Assembly: GCA_964016885.1 (NCBI GenBank)
Contig: OZ024742.1
Span: 128,154,001 to 128,218,000 of the forward strand
Reading direction: 5' to 3'
Origin: Eledone cirrhosa
Lineage: Eukaryota
DNA length: 64,000 bases
Positions within the stretch are counted from its first letter, which is position 1; each line of letters opens with the position of its first letter. Position numbers and translations under genes: made by a program. Below, piece after piece: positions 12,487 through 26,789 of this stretch. The notes under the pieces were generated by a model. It saw only the letters and a program-made list of their open reading frames with translations. It was not told the DNA's origin and made no database searches.

Positions 12487-13094
12487 TGGTGGCTGCCAAC
12501 TCGATTTCGAGTACGGCCACTACTTTATATCCATGTAGGAGAACCCCTACCGATGCGCTGAACGAGTGTGACTTTTTAGTCCAGCCAGCGACTTGAAAAC
12601 TCTGGTACAAACACTACACTTGTGACAATTATTGACACATAGTGCTGGGCTCATGTTACCATATGACGACAAGTGTAGAGAGATCTCCAGATATAAAGCA
12701 ATGCCTGTGCCGTGAAGCTTTTATAGTGAGCAAAGGCACTGCACAAAGCCAGTCCCACTCTCTTAACCAAGATGATATTTACCAAAAAGAAGAACAAGTC
12801 AACATCATTGGATACCATCAAGGTTGCAGGTGTTATATCAGAGTTTTCCTTCTCCTAGAATTCTGCCTTGACAAAAGCTAAGGGGTCATCTCTACTGGTG
12901 ATTTTGGATGGCCATTGACTCTTAAGAGCTCCTTTGGCCTTTGACAGGTTTTTTTTTTGTCCTGCAGGATGTCCAAAGTCACCCTCCTCACCAAGAAACC
13001 TTGGTGGGGTTGCCAGTTTAGTCGCCAACGACCCGACCATGAGACAGGTTGTACTGGGATACATGTTACCAGTAGCACCAACTGGTGACCTGAC
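12487..13094 (-). mobile_element. Full-length (about 610 bp) bipartite RTE-derived non-autonomous retroposon
   Basis: 5' half carries an RTE-type UTR motif (ctaggagaaggaaaactctgat) and is homologous to 44200-44365; 3' half encodes C2H2-like CSVCTRVFKSLAGLKSHTRSAH*, then an (ATGT)n tail. Confidence 0.75.
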
Positions 13095-13377
13095 ATACAT
13101 ACATACATACATACATACATACATACATACATACATACATACATACATACATACACACAGCATTTGAATGTCGCATCATATCTCTCAGACAACATCTACA
13201 AACCTCGAAGCGTAGGAGCCCGTCTCTCGAGCAAGTCTATCTGCACGAAACAGACATGCAGACATATCTACCTAGTTGATGTTGTGTAAATTTCAATGAG
13301 AGAGTCTTGTAACTATGTTAGAAACCAACTCACTCTTTCTCTATTGGCAAAAATTTGTGAAATTGGAAAACCAGAAG

Positions 13378-13508
<131 letters not shown>

Positions 13509-13634
13509 GTAATAGCACCAGGAAAAATAGGAATGAGTAGGCAGGAAGAAATGGTTAGGAGAAAATTTATTACTCCTTAACATATGTTTCTGTACAGTAT
13601 GAGTCTACTAGCGCTGGCTGCGTAATCCCATCAG

Positions 13635-14900
<1,266 letters not shown>

Positions 14901-15339
14901 TTATTTGGATGGTCGTTGTCTCTGCTGACACCATATTTATCACACGCATAATTTGTTACATTCACATATTCTGCAATAGTCATGCTTGTCACATGACTTA
15001 ATAAATTCCTATTGCTGTTTTCAATCCAAACGCCTTCTGATTTCTTGTACACCTTTTTATTTCACTGCTGACCCCCATGCCACAATTGATGACCCGACGT
15101 GGAATGTTCCTGTAGGAAATATTCCTCAAATAACTAAATGAAAATGACGGGACGCAAAGCACTGCACACCACGCATGGGAAGAAAAAAAAATGACAGGAC
15201 AAACAATGCTTTGAACACTTCCCTAAAAACAAAACGCAAAACGGCACTTTGCTATGTTTTCGTTGGAATTTCGGTCGAATTTTCGTTGATTTTCAACATG
15301 GCGTTCATTTTCAACATATGAGACAGCAATTAATTACAT

Positions 15340-15965
15340 AATAGAATAGTCAAGTATCTCGGGGTCGTGTTCACGTGAAGGCAGGAGGCTGAATTACAAG
15401 AGCTGGTGCAGTAATGCGCCAGCTTCAGCATTCGGTAATCAATAGAAAGGAGGTAGGTGTAAAAGCCAAACTTGCTGTCTTCAATTCGGTTTTCGTGCCA
15501 ACTCTCCAATTGATCCGACTGGATCCGCTCAAACGAGACCAGCAAAGCTCATGGATGTTATCCAATAATCTTGTTCTGGGTCTCGTATCGGTAAGTTTTA
15601 CCCGTAAAATCTTTCCAGCGATTCTTTCCTGAGACATTCTAACCAGATGGCCATAGTATAGGAGCTGTGATCTCTCAATTCGGAGAAGTAGCGGCTCTAC
15701 CTGCAGCGACTCTCTGGTTTCCGAGCTACGCACTCTATCGAGTAACGTTACTCCAGGAACTCTTCGGAGGAACCCCATTTCGGCCGCTTTTATTCTCGAT
15801 CGTATTCTTTCGGTCATTACCCAAGATTCGTGGCTATAGGTAGCTTTTGGCAGGACCCGCTGGACAGTGTTCGTGTACTCTGCCCCTATGGCCCTCTCGA
15901 GAATAAATGAGTGAAGAAGAAGAAGAAGAAGAAGAAGAAGAAGAAGAAGAAGAGAAAGAGGAAGG
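15340..15965 (+). mobile_element. RTE LINE 3' fragment with (GAA)n tail and internal inversion (about 15507-15841)
   Basis: KYLGVVFT..FNSVFVPTL on +, TYSHESWVMTERIRSRI..EMGFLRR on -, then the 3' end and tail on +. Confidence 0.8.
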
Positions 15966-16051
15966 GTAATTTTAACCATTTAAAAACAGAATCTGTTAAC
16001 TTTATATTTATCATTTATTTCTCAGTGTCACAGCGATGTAAATGTTGCCAC

Positions 16052-19000
16052 TGTAGCAAGAGTTGCCTCCCTTGTTATGACAATCACATTACCGCTCTCT
16101 AGACAGGAAGTAGCTGGAGTTACTTCCCGTTGGGGTGGCAGAACCCTTTTTGTCACTTCCGTCCGGACCCTATAAAAGGGACAGGTCAGGGCGATCTCGC
16201 CTCCTGAATCCCAAAGTGTTAACAACACCTGCGACCTTGTCATGAGATGACTCCTCTCTCATTTACTTCGCCATCAAGAAGAAGAATTCCTCCCTCATTT
16301 CCTTCGCCACTCAAGAAGAATGCCACCGGCAGCCTAAGAAGATGTTAACACCCCCAAGAGAAGATCTCTGTTCTTCTCCACACACTTCAGCCTAGGAGTT
16401 GTGACCAACAGGTAACCATTTATTTATATTAATCCATTTGACTTCTGTGAAGTAAAAACCTTGTCACAACACACACCGGCATTTATTGTCATTTCTGATA
16501 ATGCATATATGTACACCGATACTAATCTCCTAAAGTGGTGACCCCCGACGTGATTTAAAAAAATAAAAAATGGGAAATAGTATAAGGTGTATAAAAAAAA
16601 AAAAGAGAAGAAAGAAGAAGAAAAAAACAAAATTTAATACAAAACGAACACCTACAGTTATTGACACACAAACAAACAGCAATTGTATGAATGTTTTTTG
16701 CCTTTTTTTTCTCTCCTTTTCTGCTCTTCTCTGGCTAAAAATTTTGAGGATGACAAGATGGAGGCTTTCTTCTTCATCATCAGTGTTTTTGGCGCGAAAT
16801 AGTCCGCCATGTTGGATTTTGTTTTAAGTTCCTTGCCCTTACCTTAGTAATAACATCATTCAGTTAGTCGCTTCTTTGCATATTGTCCCGGATGCATTAT
16901 TTTTCCGGTCCAGTTGTTTGACAGAGAAAAATAAGCGATTTTGTTTTCCTTTTCTGTTGTGTTGGAGACATTTTCCCAAATGGAGACGATTATTATTATT
17001 ATTTTTTTTTGTTTTTGTTCTTGGTAAATTACCTACGGTATACCAATGGCTTCTCACTCTGTTCTGCCAACGTACACGGGCGACGTAAGGCTATGGTTCG
17101 CCCAACTCGAAGCATTTTTCGAGGCGAACAGAGTTGACGAGGCACTACAACTTCCTCTGGTCCTTAGTGCAATTCCGCCGGCAATTCTCCCAGCGATTAA
17201 GGACCTGGTGTTAGAGACACCCACAGACTCGACGTACACGTCTCTGAAGGCTGAAATACTCAGCCGGACAGAACAGTCTTCAGAAAAAAGGTTTAGGGCT
17301 TTGGTCCATCTGGAGCATATAGGGGATGGCACCCCATTGAACCTCCTAAGGCGAATGAAGGACCTAACGGCGGGGTCGGTAGCGGAAACTGCCCTGCTGA
17401 AGCAGTTGTTCTTCTCGCGCCTGCCGACCAAGGTACAGGCAATTTTGGCCCCCATGAGGGATACAAGCACGGTGGATCAGCTCGCCGCCTCTGCGGACAA
17501 AGTTTTCGAGGTGACGAGTGCCGGAGGCAGCGAACCCCTTGCCGCTGTTCACCACCCAGCTCGGGCCACACTCGGCCATGTCATCTACGCGGCAGTGCCA
17601 ATAGACAGCTCAACCATTATGGCGATGCAAAAGTCCATTCAGGAACTCACCATAGAGCTCCACAAGATGAAGGCCTTGTGTGGTGCCCGTTCGCGCCCCC
17701 GCAGTCATGGGAGATTGCAAAGTTTTAGATGTCGTTCAAAATCACCAGCTTCATCTTTATGCTGGTACCACGAGCGATTTGCTGAGAGCGCGAACTACTG
17801 CGTGCAACCTTGCTCGTTTCACAAGGCGGGAAACGCCTAAGAGGTCCGCTGATGGGGACAGTTGACCTCAACAAAAAAGTTGAACTCGCCATATTTGTTA
17901 TACTAAGTGAAGCCTTTCTTTCTTTTTCATCATATTGTCACGTTCACACACACATTTTTCAAAATGGCTGCCAACGACCTGTTGCACTATCATTTTCGCG
18001 CCATTTTCTCGCGCAATAGAAATTTTTTTTTTTTAAACTTAACCTTGTTTCGGCACGTGTAGGCAGCACACATCTCGACTCACTGAGATACCACACGCCA
18101 TGGATAATGTTTCTCGCCAAAGATTCTCCAGCCTTAAGCTATATTCTCCTATTGGCCGGTTTAAAAATTTACCACGTAAATTTGCCGTTGAAAACTGCGC
18201 ATTTATTCAGAATGCTTATTTCTTTGGTCGCTGGCCTCTTGACCCTTCCAGGTCAATGCATTCTCAACATCGACCATCAACTTTGGCTGTTATTTCTAGC
18301 ACTTTGCGCAACTCATTTTTTCTGGGAAAATTTTTACTGTGAATTTAAACATCGAATACGCTCACTCCGCGAGACAACAACATCAACAACAACACAGCTT
18401 CATGAACAACCAAAACCAGCAGAACAAGCCAGAGAATTTATTTTTGCAGCACTCTTCCTGTGAGAAAATCCCTTCGGAGGTTGGAAATTTCACGTTATAC
18501 CACAGACCAGAAACCACCTGCATTCATTCTCTGGAACACACTTTCTTTCCTGCTGTCATGTGATTGCACACATGTGAACTGTATTTTAAACATTTGAACT
18601 TTGACCTCTTCTTTTACTTTGATTACATTGTATCTTTGAGTGATGGATAGATAGTTCTCTGGCCAAGAGCGGTTGGCTACCTTGATATCTATCATTGATT
18701 TTTGCATGCATATATTTTGCTGTTTTCCTTTTATTGCAAACATTATTTTTTTCGTAATTTTGATGCCTGTTACATGCTCGCCATCTTACTCCATACATGT
18801 TTCATTCGATTTTTATGTTTTAAAAATCTGGCGGGGGATAATGTAGCAAGAGTTGCCTCCCTTGTTATGACAATCACATCACCGCTCTCTAGACAGGAAG
18901 TAGTTTGAGTTACTTCCCGTTGGGGTGGCAGAACCCTTTTTGTCACTTCCGTCCGGACCCTATAAAAGGGACAGGTCAGGGCGATCTCACTCTCTCGCCT

Positions 19001-19331
19001 CCTGAATCCCAAAGTGTTAACAACACCTGCGACCTTGTCATGAGATGACTCCTCTCTCATTTACTTCGCCATCAAGAAGAAGAATTCCTCCCTCATTTCC
19101 TTCGCCACACAAGAAGAATGCCACCGGCAGCCTAAGAAGATGTTAACACCTCCAAGAGAAGATCTCTGTTCTTCTCCACACACTTCAGCCTAGGAGTTGT
19201 GACAACGGGTAACCATTTATTTATATTAATCCATTTGAATTCTGTGAAGTAAAAACCTTGTCACAACACACACCGGCATTTATTGTCATTTCTGATAATG
19301 CATATATGTACACCGATACTAATCTCCTAAA
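16052..19331 (+). mobile_element. Non-autonomous Gypsy (Mag-like) LTR retrotransposon, gag only; LTRs 16052-16534 and 18842-19331
   Basis: Near-identical LTRs, 4-bp TSD CCAC, tRNA-Trp PBS tggtgacccccgacgtgat, PPT ggcgggggataa; no pol. Confidence 0.93.
17046..17840 (+). CDS. Gag protein of Gypsy element (264 aa)
   Basis: LPTYTGDVRLWFAQLEAFF N-terminus, CWYHERF...C..PC zinc motif, G-GGA-AAC slippery site at the end. Confidence 0.88.
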   Translation: MASHSVLPTYTGDVRLWFAQLEAFFEANRVDEALQLPLVLSAIPPAILPAIKDLVLETPTDSTYTSLKAEILSRTEQSSEKRFRALVHLEHIGDGTPLNLLRRMKDLTAGSVAETALLKQLFFSRLPTKVQAILAPMRDTSTVDQLAASADKVFEVTSAGGSEPLAAVHHPARATLGHVIYAAVPIDSSTIMAMQKSIQELTIELHKMKALCGARSRPRSHGRLQSFRCRSKSPASSLCWYHERFAESANYCVQPCSFHKAGNA

Positions 19332-19739
19332 CCACGAATAGTTGATAAATACACACAAAGTTAACAGTTTGTGTGTTTCCAAATAGCTACAATGAATCTT
19401 CCACGCTGTAAGTCCACAACACTTGCCTTTGAGAAAAAATTGTATTCTCTAAGCACCTGTTCATACTTAAATGTTGACAGGGAAATTAAAAATATATTTA
19501 TTATTATAAGATAACATTATAAAATTAGACAACAAAATAATATTTAAACGATACCCCCCCCCCCCCAAATGGGAACGGGAAAGAAGAAAAAGAACAAAAA
19601 GAGAATGAAGTAACGAAGGAAAGAGTGAGAGGGAGGGAGGGACAGACCTTACACCGTAGTCTATATGGTGATTCGGTCGTGCCCTGCCGACAGAATGGTG
19701 CAGGCATTGACACGGAGAATGGCCAGCGACACTCGCTGT

Positions 19740-19870
19740 AACATCCACTTAGCCTCACGAGGCTACTTCCTCAGGCGAGCTGCTGTCTTTTCGATTTTGC
19801 GCAGGAAATCGGCAGTGCGGGAACCAAGGACGGCGACAGGTACGAAAAGGAAGCGGTTGGACAAACCCCG
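19740..19870 (-). mobile_element. CRE-like retrotransposon RLE fragment
   Basis: FLFVPVAVLGSRTADFLRKIEK. Confidence 0.55.
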
Positions 19871-20211
19871 GTGTTGTTTATCTTCCTCTCCACAACAGGA
19901 AAATATGAAGGGTTTATTGTACAAAGTATTATCAAATCCAGATACTCTCATTTCTTTTCATTGTATCAAACTCTCTGTGCCAAAGCTACTATTTTAAATG
20001 ACACTTTGCAACAAGTTATAAATATTGTTAACTATTTTCGTGAAAATGCAATATAGCACCGTCAGTTTCATAACATGCTAAAATTGGACGATATGTTATA
20101 TAACAGAGGTCTCAAACTTTTGGGCCACCCCTTTCTCACGGCCACGTAATACCCTCAGCGCTCCCCAACCCTATTTCCAGAGAGACCTACCTACAAGCAA
20201 ATTGTAAATAA

Positions 20212-21302
20212 TCTCTCCCTATATAAAATTCGTTGTCTCTCTGTCTGTCTGTCTTTCTGTCATTCTCAAATGGCTCGACCAAATCAAATAAAATTTTATA
20301 TTAAACCCCAGGATGAACATCATGTAATTTTTATTTTCATTTGGATTAAAACAATAAAACACTTTATCTAAAATAATCTTTCTATAGCTAAATATATTAC
20401 GACGGCGTCACATTTTGTTTATATATGTGTTTGTGAGTGTGTGTTTACGCGTTCGTTACGTACGTTAGGACTTAATAAGTTACATAAACATACATCTTCA
20501 CGTAAATATTTGACACACACATCTTCACATGTGATGACTGACATGTATATGTGTGTGAGTGTATCTGAAACTGTGTATGTGTGTGCGAGTATACATACAT
20601 TTCTGTGACGACTGACATAAGCGTTGGTGGGTGAAACTATGTGTGTGTTTGTATGAATGTATGTCTGCGTGTGTTTTTTATAAGTGTATGTCTGTGCGAG
20701 TGTATGTGTGTCTGTTCGTTTATATTTATATTCTCATACCGTTAAATTAGCAGTTAATACATTTGCTTATATTTGGTTAATTTACACTGCATACAAAAAT
20801 AGAGATTGATATATATTTCTTTTGGATTTGATACTTATTTGTTTACAATATTGAAAAAAAAAAGTCTTTATTTTAAAAATTCCTCTTATACCTACAGATG
20901 TTTCATTTGAATTTAAGAGGCTTTAGTTTCCAGTCAAACTAAGTTTTGTTATTTCAATTAACAAATCTCAAGGTCAATCTCTCAAGGTAGTTGGACTTGA
21001 TCTCTTTACTACATGTTTCTCCCACGGTCAACTCTGTTGGTTGCTCACGAGTTGGAAGCAGTAGCACTTTATTCATTTGGACACCAACAAAAAATTACAC
21101 AATGAATATTGTTTACCCTGAGGTGCTTCAAGATTGACAAATGTTCATTTCTAAATTCTATTATCCTTACAATTTTGATATTTAAAAAAATAAAATATAT
21201 ATATTTTAAAATAATTATGAGAAAAAAAAATCTTCATATTTATTGTTTACTAATCTGAATAAGAACAACAGTAACCCGGGCAACTCCGGGTCCTTCAGCT
21301 AG
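20212..21302 (+). mobile_element. Non-autonomous Helitron with a Pif1 C-terminal remnant
   Basis: A|TC start, [17 protein letters not shown] remnant, 3' hairpin acccgg..ccgggt then CTAG|T. Confidence 0.82.
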
Positions 21303-21353
21303 TATATAAATAAAATCGTTAATTTATATATAAATAATATAATATATACAATG

Positions 21354-22275
21354 TGTAGCACGCTACTTTCCTTTGGCACATTTGTAAAATATTCGTGCGT
21401 GATTTGGCTAACTCAGGCCAATCGTGAGCCGCGCACGAATATACTTTACCAACTTCCGCCTAAACAGACATATTCCCGCTTTCTTTCGATATACTGTCTC
21501 TTGCAGCTTTGATCATGGAAAGGTAAACACCATTTTTCTTTTGCCGTTCGATCACTAGCCAATATGTAATGACAACAACATAACTACGGTCTGGCCAGCA
21601 CCTCAACCAGTCGACCGTACCTTCTAAACTCTTAATTTGTTTATTCCTTTGTTTGGGTTGCCAGCTCAACCTTTATAATCGGTTTGTAAATAAATTATCT
21701 AAAAAACATTCTAAAGTCTTATGGTGCTATTGCCAGAGCTATAGCCTTTAAATGTGATATGGAAAGATCCTTTCCAGAGTTATTATCACAACAGCAACAG
21801 AACATTGGACTTCCAGCCGAACCTCAATTCAACTAACATTGCCATATAACAAAACCGTTACATTTATTGATATAACAAAACCATACCTTTCCTGCTACAA
21901 CACAAATACATATCAATATTATTATTGTCGTTGATATTATTATTACATGGCATAATATTGTTTTTCTGCTACACCGATGACTATTATTAAATTGCTATAT
22001 TGGTGACCTCTGTTGATACAAATATAAATATTAGTATTAATCCTCAGCTAAGGGCGGTGAATTGACAGTATCAGTAGAGGGTTGGACACCATGCTTTCTA
22101 GCATAGTTACATCCCATTATGGTCTGAGTTCAAATCTCGCCGAGGCTAACTTTGCCTTTCATCCTTACGGGGTCAATAAAATAAAGTACCAGTAATGTAC
22201 TGAAAAATTGCTGGCCTTGTGCCAAAAGTAGAAACAATTATTAATCCTCAGCTAAAGTGGTGACCCCGACGTGAT
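21354..22275 (+). mobile_element. Gypsy LTR plus tRNA-Trp PBS (truncated element), SINE inserted at 22052-22239
   Basis: tgtagc start, ..gctaaa end followed by tggtgaccccgacgtgat; SINE flanked by 16-bp TSD attaatcctcagctaa. Confidence 0.65.
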
Positions 22276-23952
22276 ATAAATATTATGATGATTACTATAA
22301 ATCTGCTAAAAAAAATTTATTTTACTATATTCACATATATGTATCATTTGATATTTAATATACTATTATATAATCTCTACTGCCCACCCCCACGGCCCCA
22401 TAAGGCCGGAGCCCCTCCCTGGACCTTCTCAGCGGGGATGTAGCGCCCACTTTGAGAAGCTCTGGTATATAATGTAGATTTATCATACCATTCTAAAGTG
22501 CGTTGGTTATCACAGGGACAGGTGTTAGCAAAAATGTTATCTTTACGGGAACAGATAATCAAATTTTATGAAGAAAAGAATCAGCAATGCTGCATTTCTG
22601 TGTGATATGTCAAAGCAAAATGATTTGAATATTTCTTTACAAGGTAAAACTAAGTCTATATATATATGGCAAAAAATTCAAGCATTTCCCCCAAAAAACT
22701 ATTCTTTCAAAACTCTTCTTCAAAAGGAAATTTCGTATGAACATTTTCCCCAGTTAGCAAATGCTAAATACAGGAGAATTAATGTGAATCATTTGAAGAA
22801 TACGCAGCTGTTATAGACCTATTAATTAGAAAATACAATGAAAGGTTCACTAGTTTTGAGAATCATGACATCACACTCAAGTTAGCATTTCAACCCTACC
22901 TAGTTGATATCTCCAAGGCTCCTAAAGAATTACAGATGGAATTGATAGAGCCGCCAGAAGATGATATTGTAAAACCCTTATTTGACGCAAAGAAAGATCC
23001 GATTGAGAGATATGGAAAAATGCAATAAAATATACATACCTTCGGTAACATACACGAAAAATACTCTCTTGCTTTTCAACCACTTATTGCTGCGAATCTA
23101 CATTCACTAACCTAACGAAAATCAAGACGCCTTTGAGATCTCAAATGGCGGATGCCCATCTAGAGGTTCAGTTGGAACTTAGGATCTCCATGTTGCAACC
23201 AAATATCAAAATGCTTTTCTACAACAAGCAGTCACAACAAAATCATTAAAAAAATTTCGATTTTTACATAGTAATTAGATTTTGAGAAAATGATGTAGCT
23301 TTTAAGAATATATAATTATGTTTCTTGAATGCGGCCTTGTATTAACCAGAAGGAAAAAAGGTGACTTAATGCAGCCTTTCAACATGAAAAGTTCTCCACG
23401 TCTATCTTAGAGATTTTGTCCGCATTCCTCTGGCCACTATGTTCAACCTTCCCCTATCTTAATAACTACAGTTTAACCCCCAGCCCCTCTGACTTTGTTT
23501 CCTCATACTTTCTTAATGACTGTTTTAAATGAAATTTTGCAGATAAGTCTTTTTGAAGGTTTAGATTACGATATAATTATTTTCTTTCGTTTTATCACGT
23601 AGTGATTTTATTTATTGACTGAAGAAGGAAGTACAACTATTTAAAGTATATTTTTAATCTAATATATATTTGTGAAATGGGCAGTGGTTGAAATTCGGAT
23701 GTGCACGGTTAAATGGTAGTAGACGTGGTCGGACGGACATGAAAATTTACACACCTATGTAAAAAGTGCCAAGGAAGCAAATAGACGAGGTTTCAAATCT
23801 CTAACTTGAAAAATGTGGTCCCTGGGGCCCCAAAACTATCGCGTTCGGTGAGTTATTTCCCCCTGTTCTAATACTTTTGTCTTATTTACATTTTCATACA
23901 AATAAAGCAGTAAATAAAGGATTATGAGTTCATGCAATTGACTTATGTTTCG

Positions 23953-23990
<38 letters not shown>

Positions 23991-24559
23991 GAAAACGCTT
24001 TAAAAAAAAAAATATCAACTGTAATGTATGTATGCATGTATTTATGTGTTTATATGAGCGGGGATATGCAAGTAAATCTTACTTTGTGGACAGCTTATCC
24101 TTAGCATAATATTCATGCTAGAACAGCATATATTTGAAAGTTTTCAGGGAGTTGAATTACTGATTTTGGATCGGCAGCTTTAGCTTTGAAAAAATGAAAT
24201 GTGCAGTGTAAACATTTTTTATTATTCCTCCGGGGATGAATCTTCTCTGCATTTTTCCATCTCTTTCTTTCTCTCTGGGAGAAATCAGCCGTAGTAAGAC
24301 CTAAAAAAATGGTTAGATACACCATGACGCACCGTGCATCACGGTGTAGTTGAAAAGCAGACTCAGAACATGGCGTTGTGTGGTGTGGCTCGCAGCCCAA
24401 TGTTCCAGGGGGAGCAAAAGAAGAAGAAGAAGAAGAAGAAGTGAGCTGGCGTCCTATCAAATATGTAGGTTGTGTCTTAAATTGAAGGTTTAGTAGAAAC
24501 AAATCATGTATAGTTTTGTACTTTTCTTTTTGTCATTCATATATATAAACAAATCTACA

Positions 24560-25065
24560 ATATAAATTGGAAGTGGTCGAACGTTGTATATGTAGGTGTA
24601 GTCGGATAAACGTCGAAACGGCTTGGTGGAATGCAGCGAAAATTTACACAGTTATGCAGAATGACCCAAGGAGGCGTTGGGTCGACTTTCAAGCTACAAT
24701 CTTCCATGGTTACGGAGAAAATCGATGAAACAGGAATTTCCCATTCAAATTGAACTGAGAGTAATCTGTGAACGCAGAAGTAATTATTTCGAGAAACGTT
24801 GCAACCGAACGAAAACAGGAAGACGATATTTTGGTTCGTGAAGACGTTCCCTGGCAATGAACGGGAAAAAAGCGAGGATAATACGTCGTTATGTGGAGCG
24901 TGAAGAACAATTTCATGCAAAGACAAGACCAAGTTTATGGTATAAATGGAGTCATTAGACTAATATTCTATTTAAAATAACAGAATGATTTCCAGCCGCG
25001 GAGTTTAAGAATGATGTAAATAAAATTGAAAACGAAAATGACAGAGGTTATTAAAATAGTAAAAG
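24560..25065. repeat. Unclassified interspersed repeat; inverted copy at about 51703-52000
   Basis: About 24760-25065 matches the reverse complement of 51703-52000. Confidence 0.65.
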
Positions 25066-25779
25066 TAAATAGTGAAGATTTAGGCCAGTACGGACATACA
25101 CATACATACACACACACAAATACATATACCCCCCCCCCCCCCACACACACACGAACGCACGCGCGTATGTATAAACCTTATGCATTTCTACAGTATTTTC
25201 ACCAAACTTAAGACATAGGTTACTTATGTACTCCGGATGGTCATGGGCACTGTTATTTTTCCAGATATTGATTATAGGGTCCCCCCGCATATAACCCCTT
25301 TAACCACTTTAACCACTTCGTTGGAGTCGACTGAAGCACTGCAGTGCAATGCAACAAAACGTCATAACTTCTGGAGTTCGCAACCGATTTCAACAAAACT
25401 TGACACATGGGCTACGTTTGTCCTACAGATGAATGTGAACTCTCAGAATTGGCACATATTTGGTAGGGGACCCCTGGGGGCAGGAACCCCCTTTTGGAAA
25501 AAAGCCGATGATTTTGTAAAAGTATAGTTTTCGAAGCAGCACTGAAGTATTGACATAAATGGTATATACAATTGCTATTTAATATCCGAGCAACACCGGG
25601 TACCTCTGCTAGTTATCTATATTTTAGCTTTATACTATACTAAGGGAATATGTAATTTATTCACGTTTATAATAACATATATAATTACACAACATATATA
25701 ATGACACAATGCTTACAGGAAAGTCATAAAATCACTTATATCAACACAAGTGGATAAGTTCCTTCAGAATGAAAATATA

Positions 25780-26220
25780 AACAGAGCATATAAATAAATT
25801 TACAGTAGATTAACATAACAAATATGTTTTAAATAACATTACAAATGCCTCGGTAACACTACAAAGGATGATATAATGAAAGATATATTCCTTCAATGCT
25901 ACAATATTAAAGAAAATGTAAACGAAGGGGTGAACAACGGAGCCAACACCAGAGCAAAAGACAGCAACGTTGCGAGTACTGGGCAACCTCTCTAATGATT
26001 TTTGAGGCAAGCCAGCACACTCGCAGCGTTGCCTCGGGTGATGGCGAGGCTGATGCGCTGAAACAGCCAAGCACCCTCGCGAGATTCGCCAGTCACCTCT
26101 ATTAGGCGAGCCGCCAGTGAGGAAAGGAACCTCGCAGTCAGCGGTCCGACTCCCTCAAACGTCTCGAAAGCACAGGCTGAAAAATGTAGCTGGCCGACAG
26201 AGCAGAGTATTTGAGGGATT
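25780..26220 (-). mobile_element. CRE-like retrotransposon 3' end with UTR; second copy at 52363-52640
   Basis: ACAFETF..VGP..ARFL..REGAWLFQRISLAITRGNAASVLACL*. Confidence 0.78.
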
Positions 26221-26230
26221 TTATTATATT

Positions 26231-26562
26231 TGTAGCGGTTGTCTCCCTTGTTGTGACCCCAATAGATTAACATCTAGACGGGAAGTAGAACCCTTTCTGT
26301 AACTTCCGGTCAGAGCCCTATAAAACGAATAGCCTTCGGCTCTCTCTCTCTCTCTCATTTGCCCTTCCGGCGCCTGGCTTTCGCCAGGCGTCTTCTGCCA
26401 GCCGCGTTTGCCTGGCAATCAAAACGGTAACTACTAACTTTGCTTCATTCTATCATCTATTACTTTGACATACAACCATACTGTTAAATGCTTGATTAAA
26501 TATTATACACACAAACCATGTCTCGTTTTGTTACATTCATACAACCCAGTATCTTCGCTATA
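26231..26562 (+). mobile_element. Solo LTR related to the 16052 LTR family
   Basis: tgtagcg..cgctata termini, TSD TATT, shared ctcccttgtt..ctagac.ggaagtag..acttcc..ccctataaaa blocks. Confidence 0.75.
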
Positions 26563-26789
26563 TATTCATAAACTGCTTAGCTAAAACGTATGTATGCATT
26601 TATTCATGTATGTACGTATATATGCTTATACAAGTAAATTAAATCCACACATCACCACCATGAATGTAACTTAAGGGTCAGTCTGTGGCGAAAGAAATGT
26701 TTTCCCACGGCTACCAAGTGACCTGCGACCTCGCAGGGAAAACAGTAGATAAGATTCCCTGATAGAAGGATTTACGGCACCAGTCACAG

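Larger units (their letters stand above)
20104..22465. mobile_element. hAT-type MITE carrying nested Helitron, LTR and SINE
   Basis: Imperfect TIRs cagaggtctcaaac / ctttgagaagctctg; 8-bp TSD ttatataa/gtatataa. Confidence 0.65.
19880..23410 (+). mobile_element. hAT (GTF2IRD2/SPIN-like) transposase pseudogene split by nested insertions (19880-20103 and 22466-23410)
   Basis: SFHCI..LCAK, VRWLS.G.VL, LNISLQGK, FSTTYCCESTF..IK..RS motifs. Confidence 0.82.
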
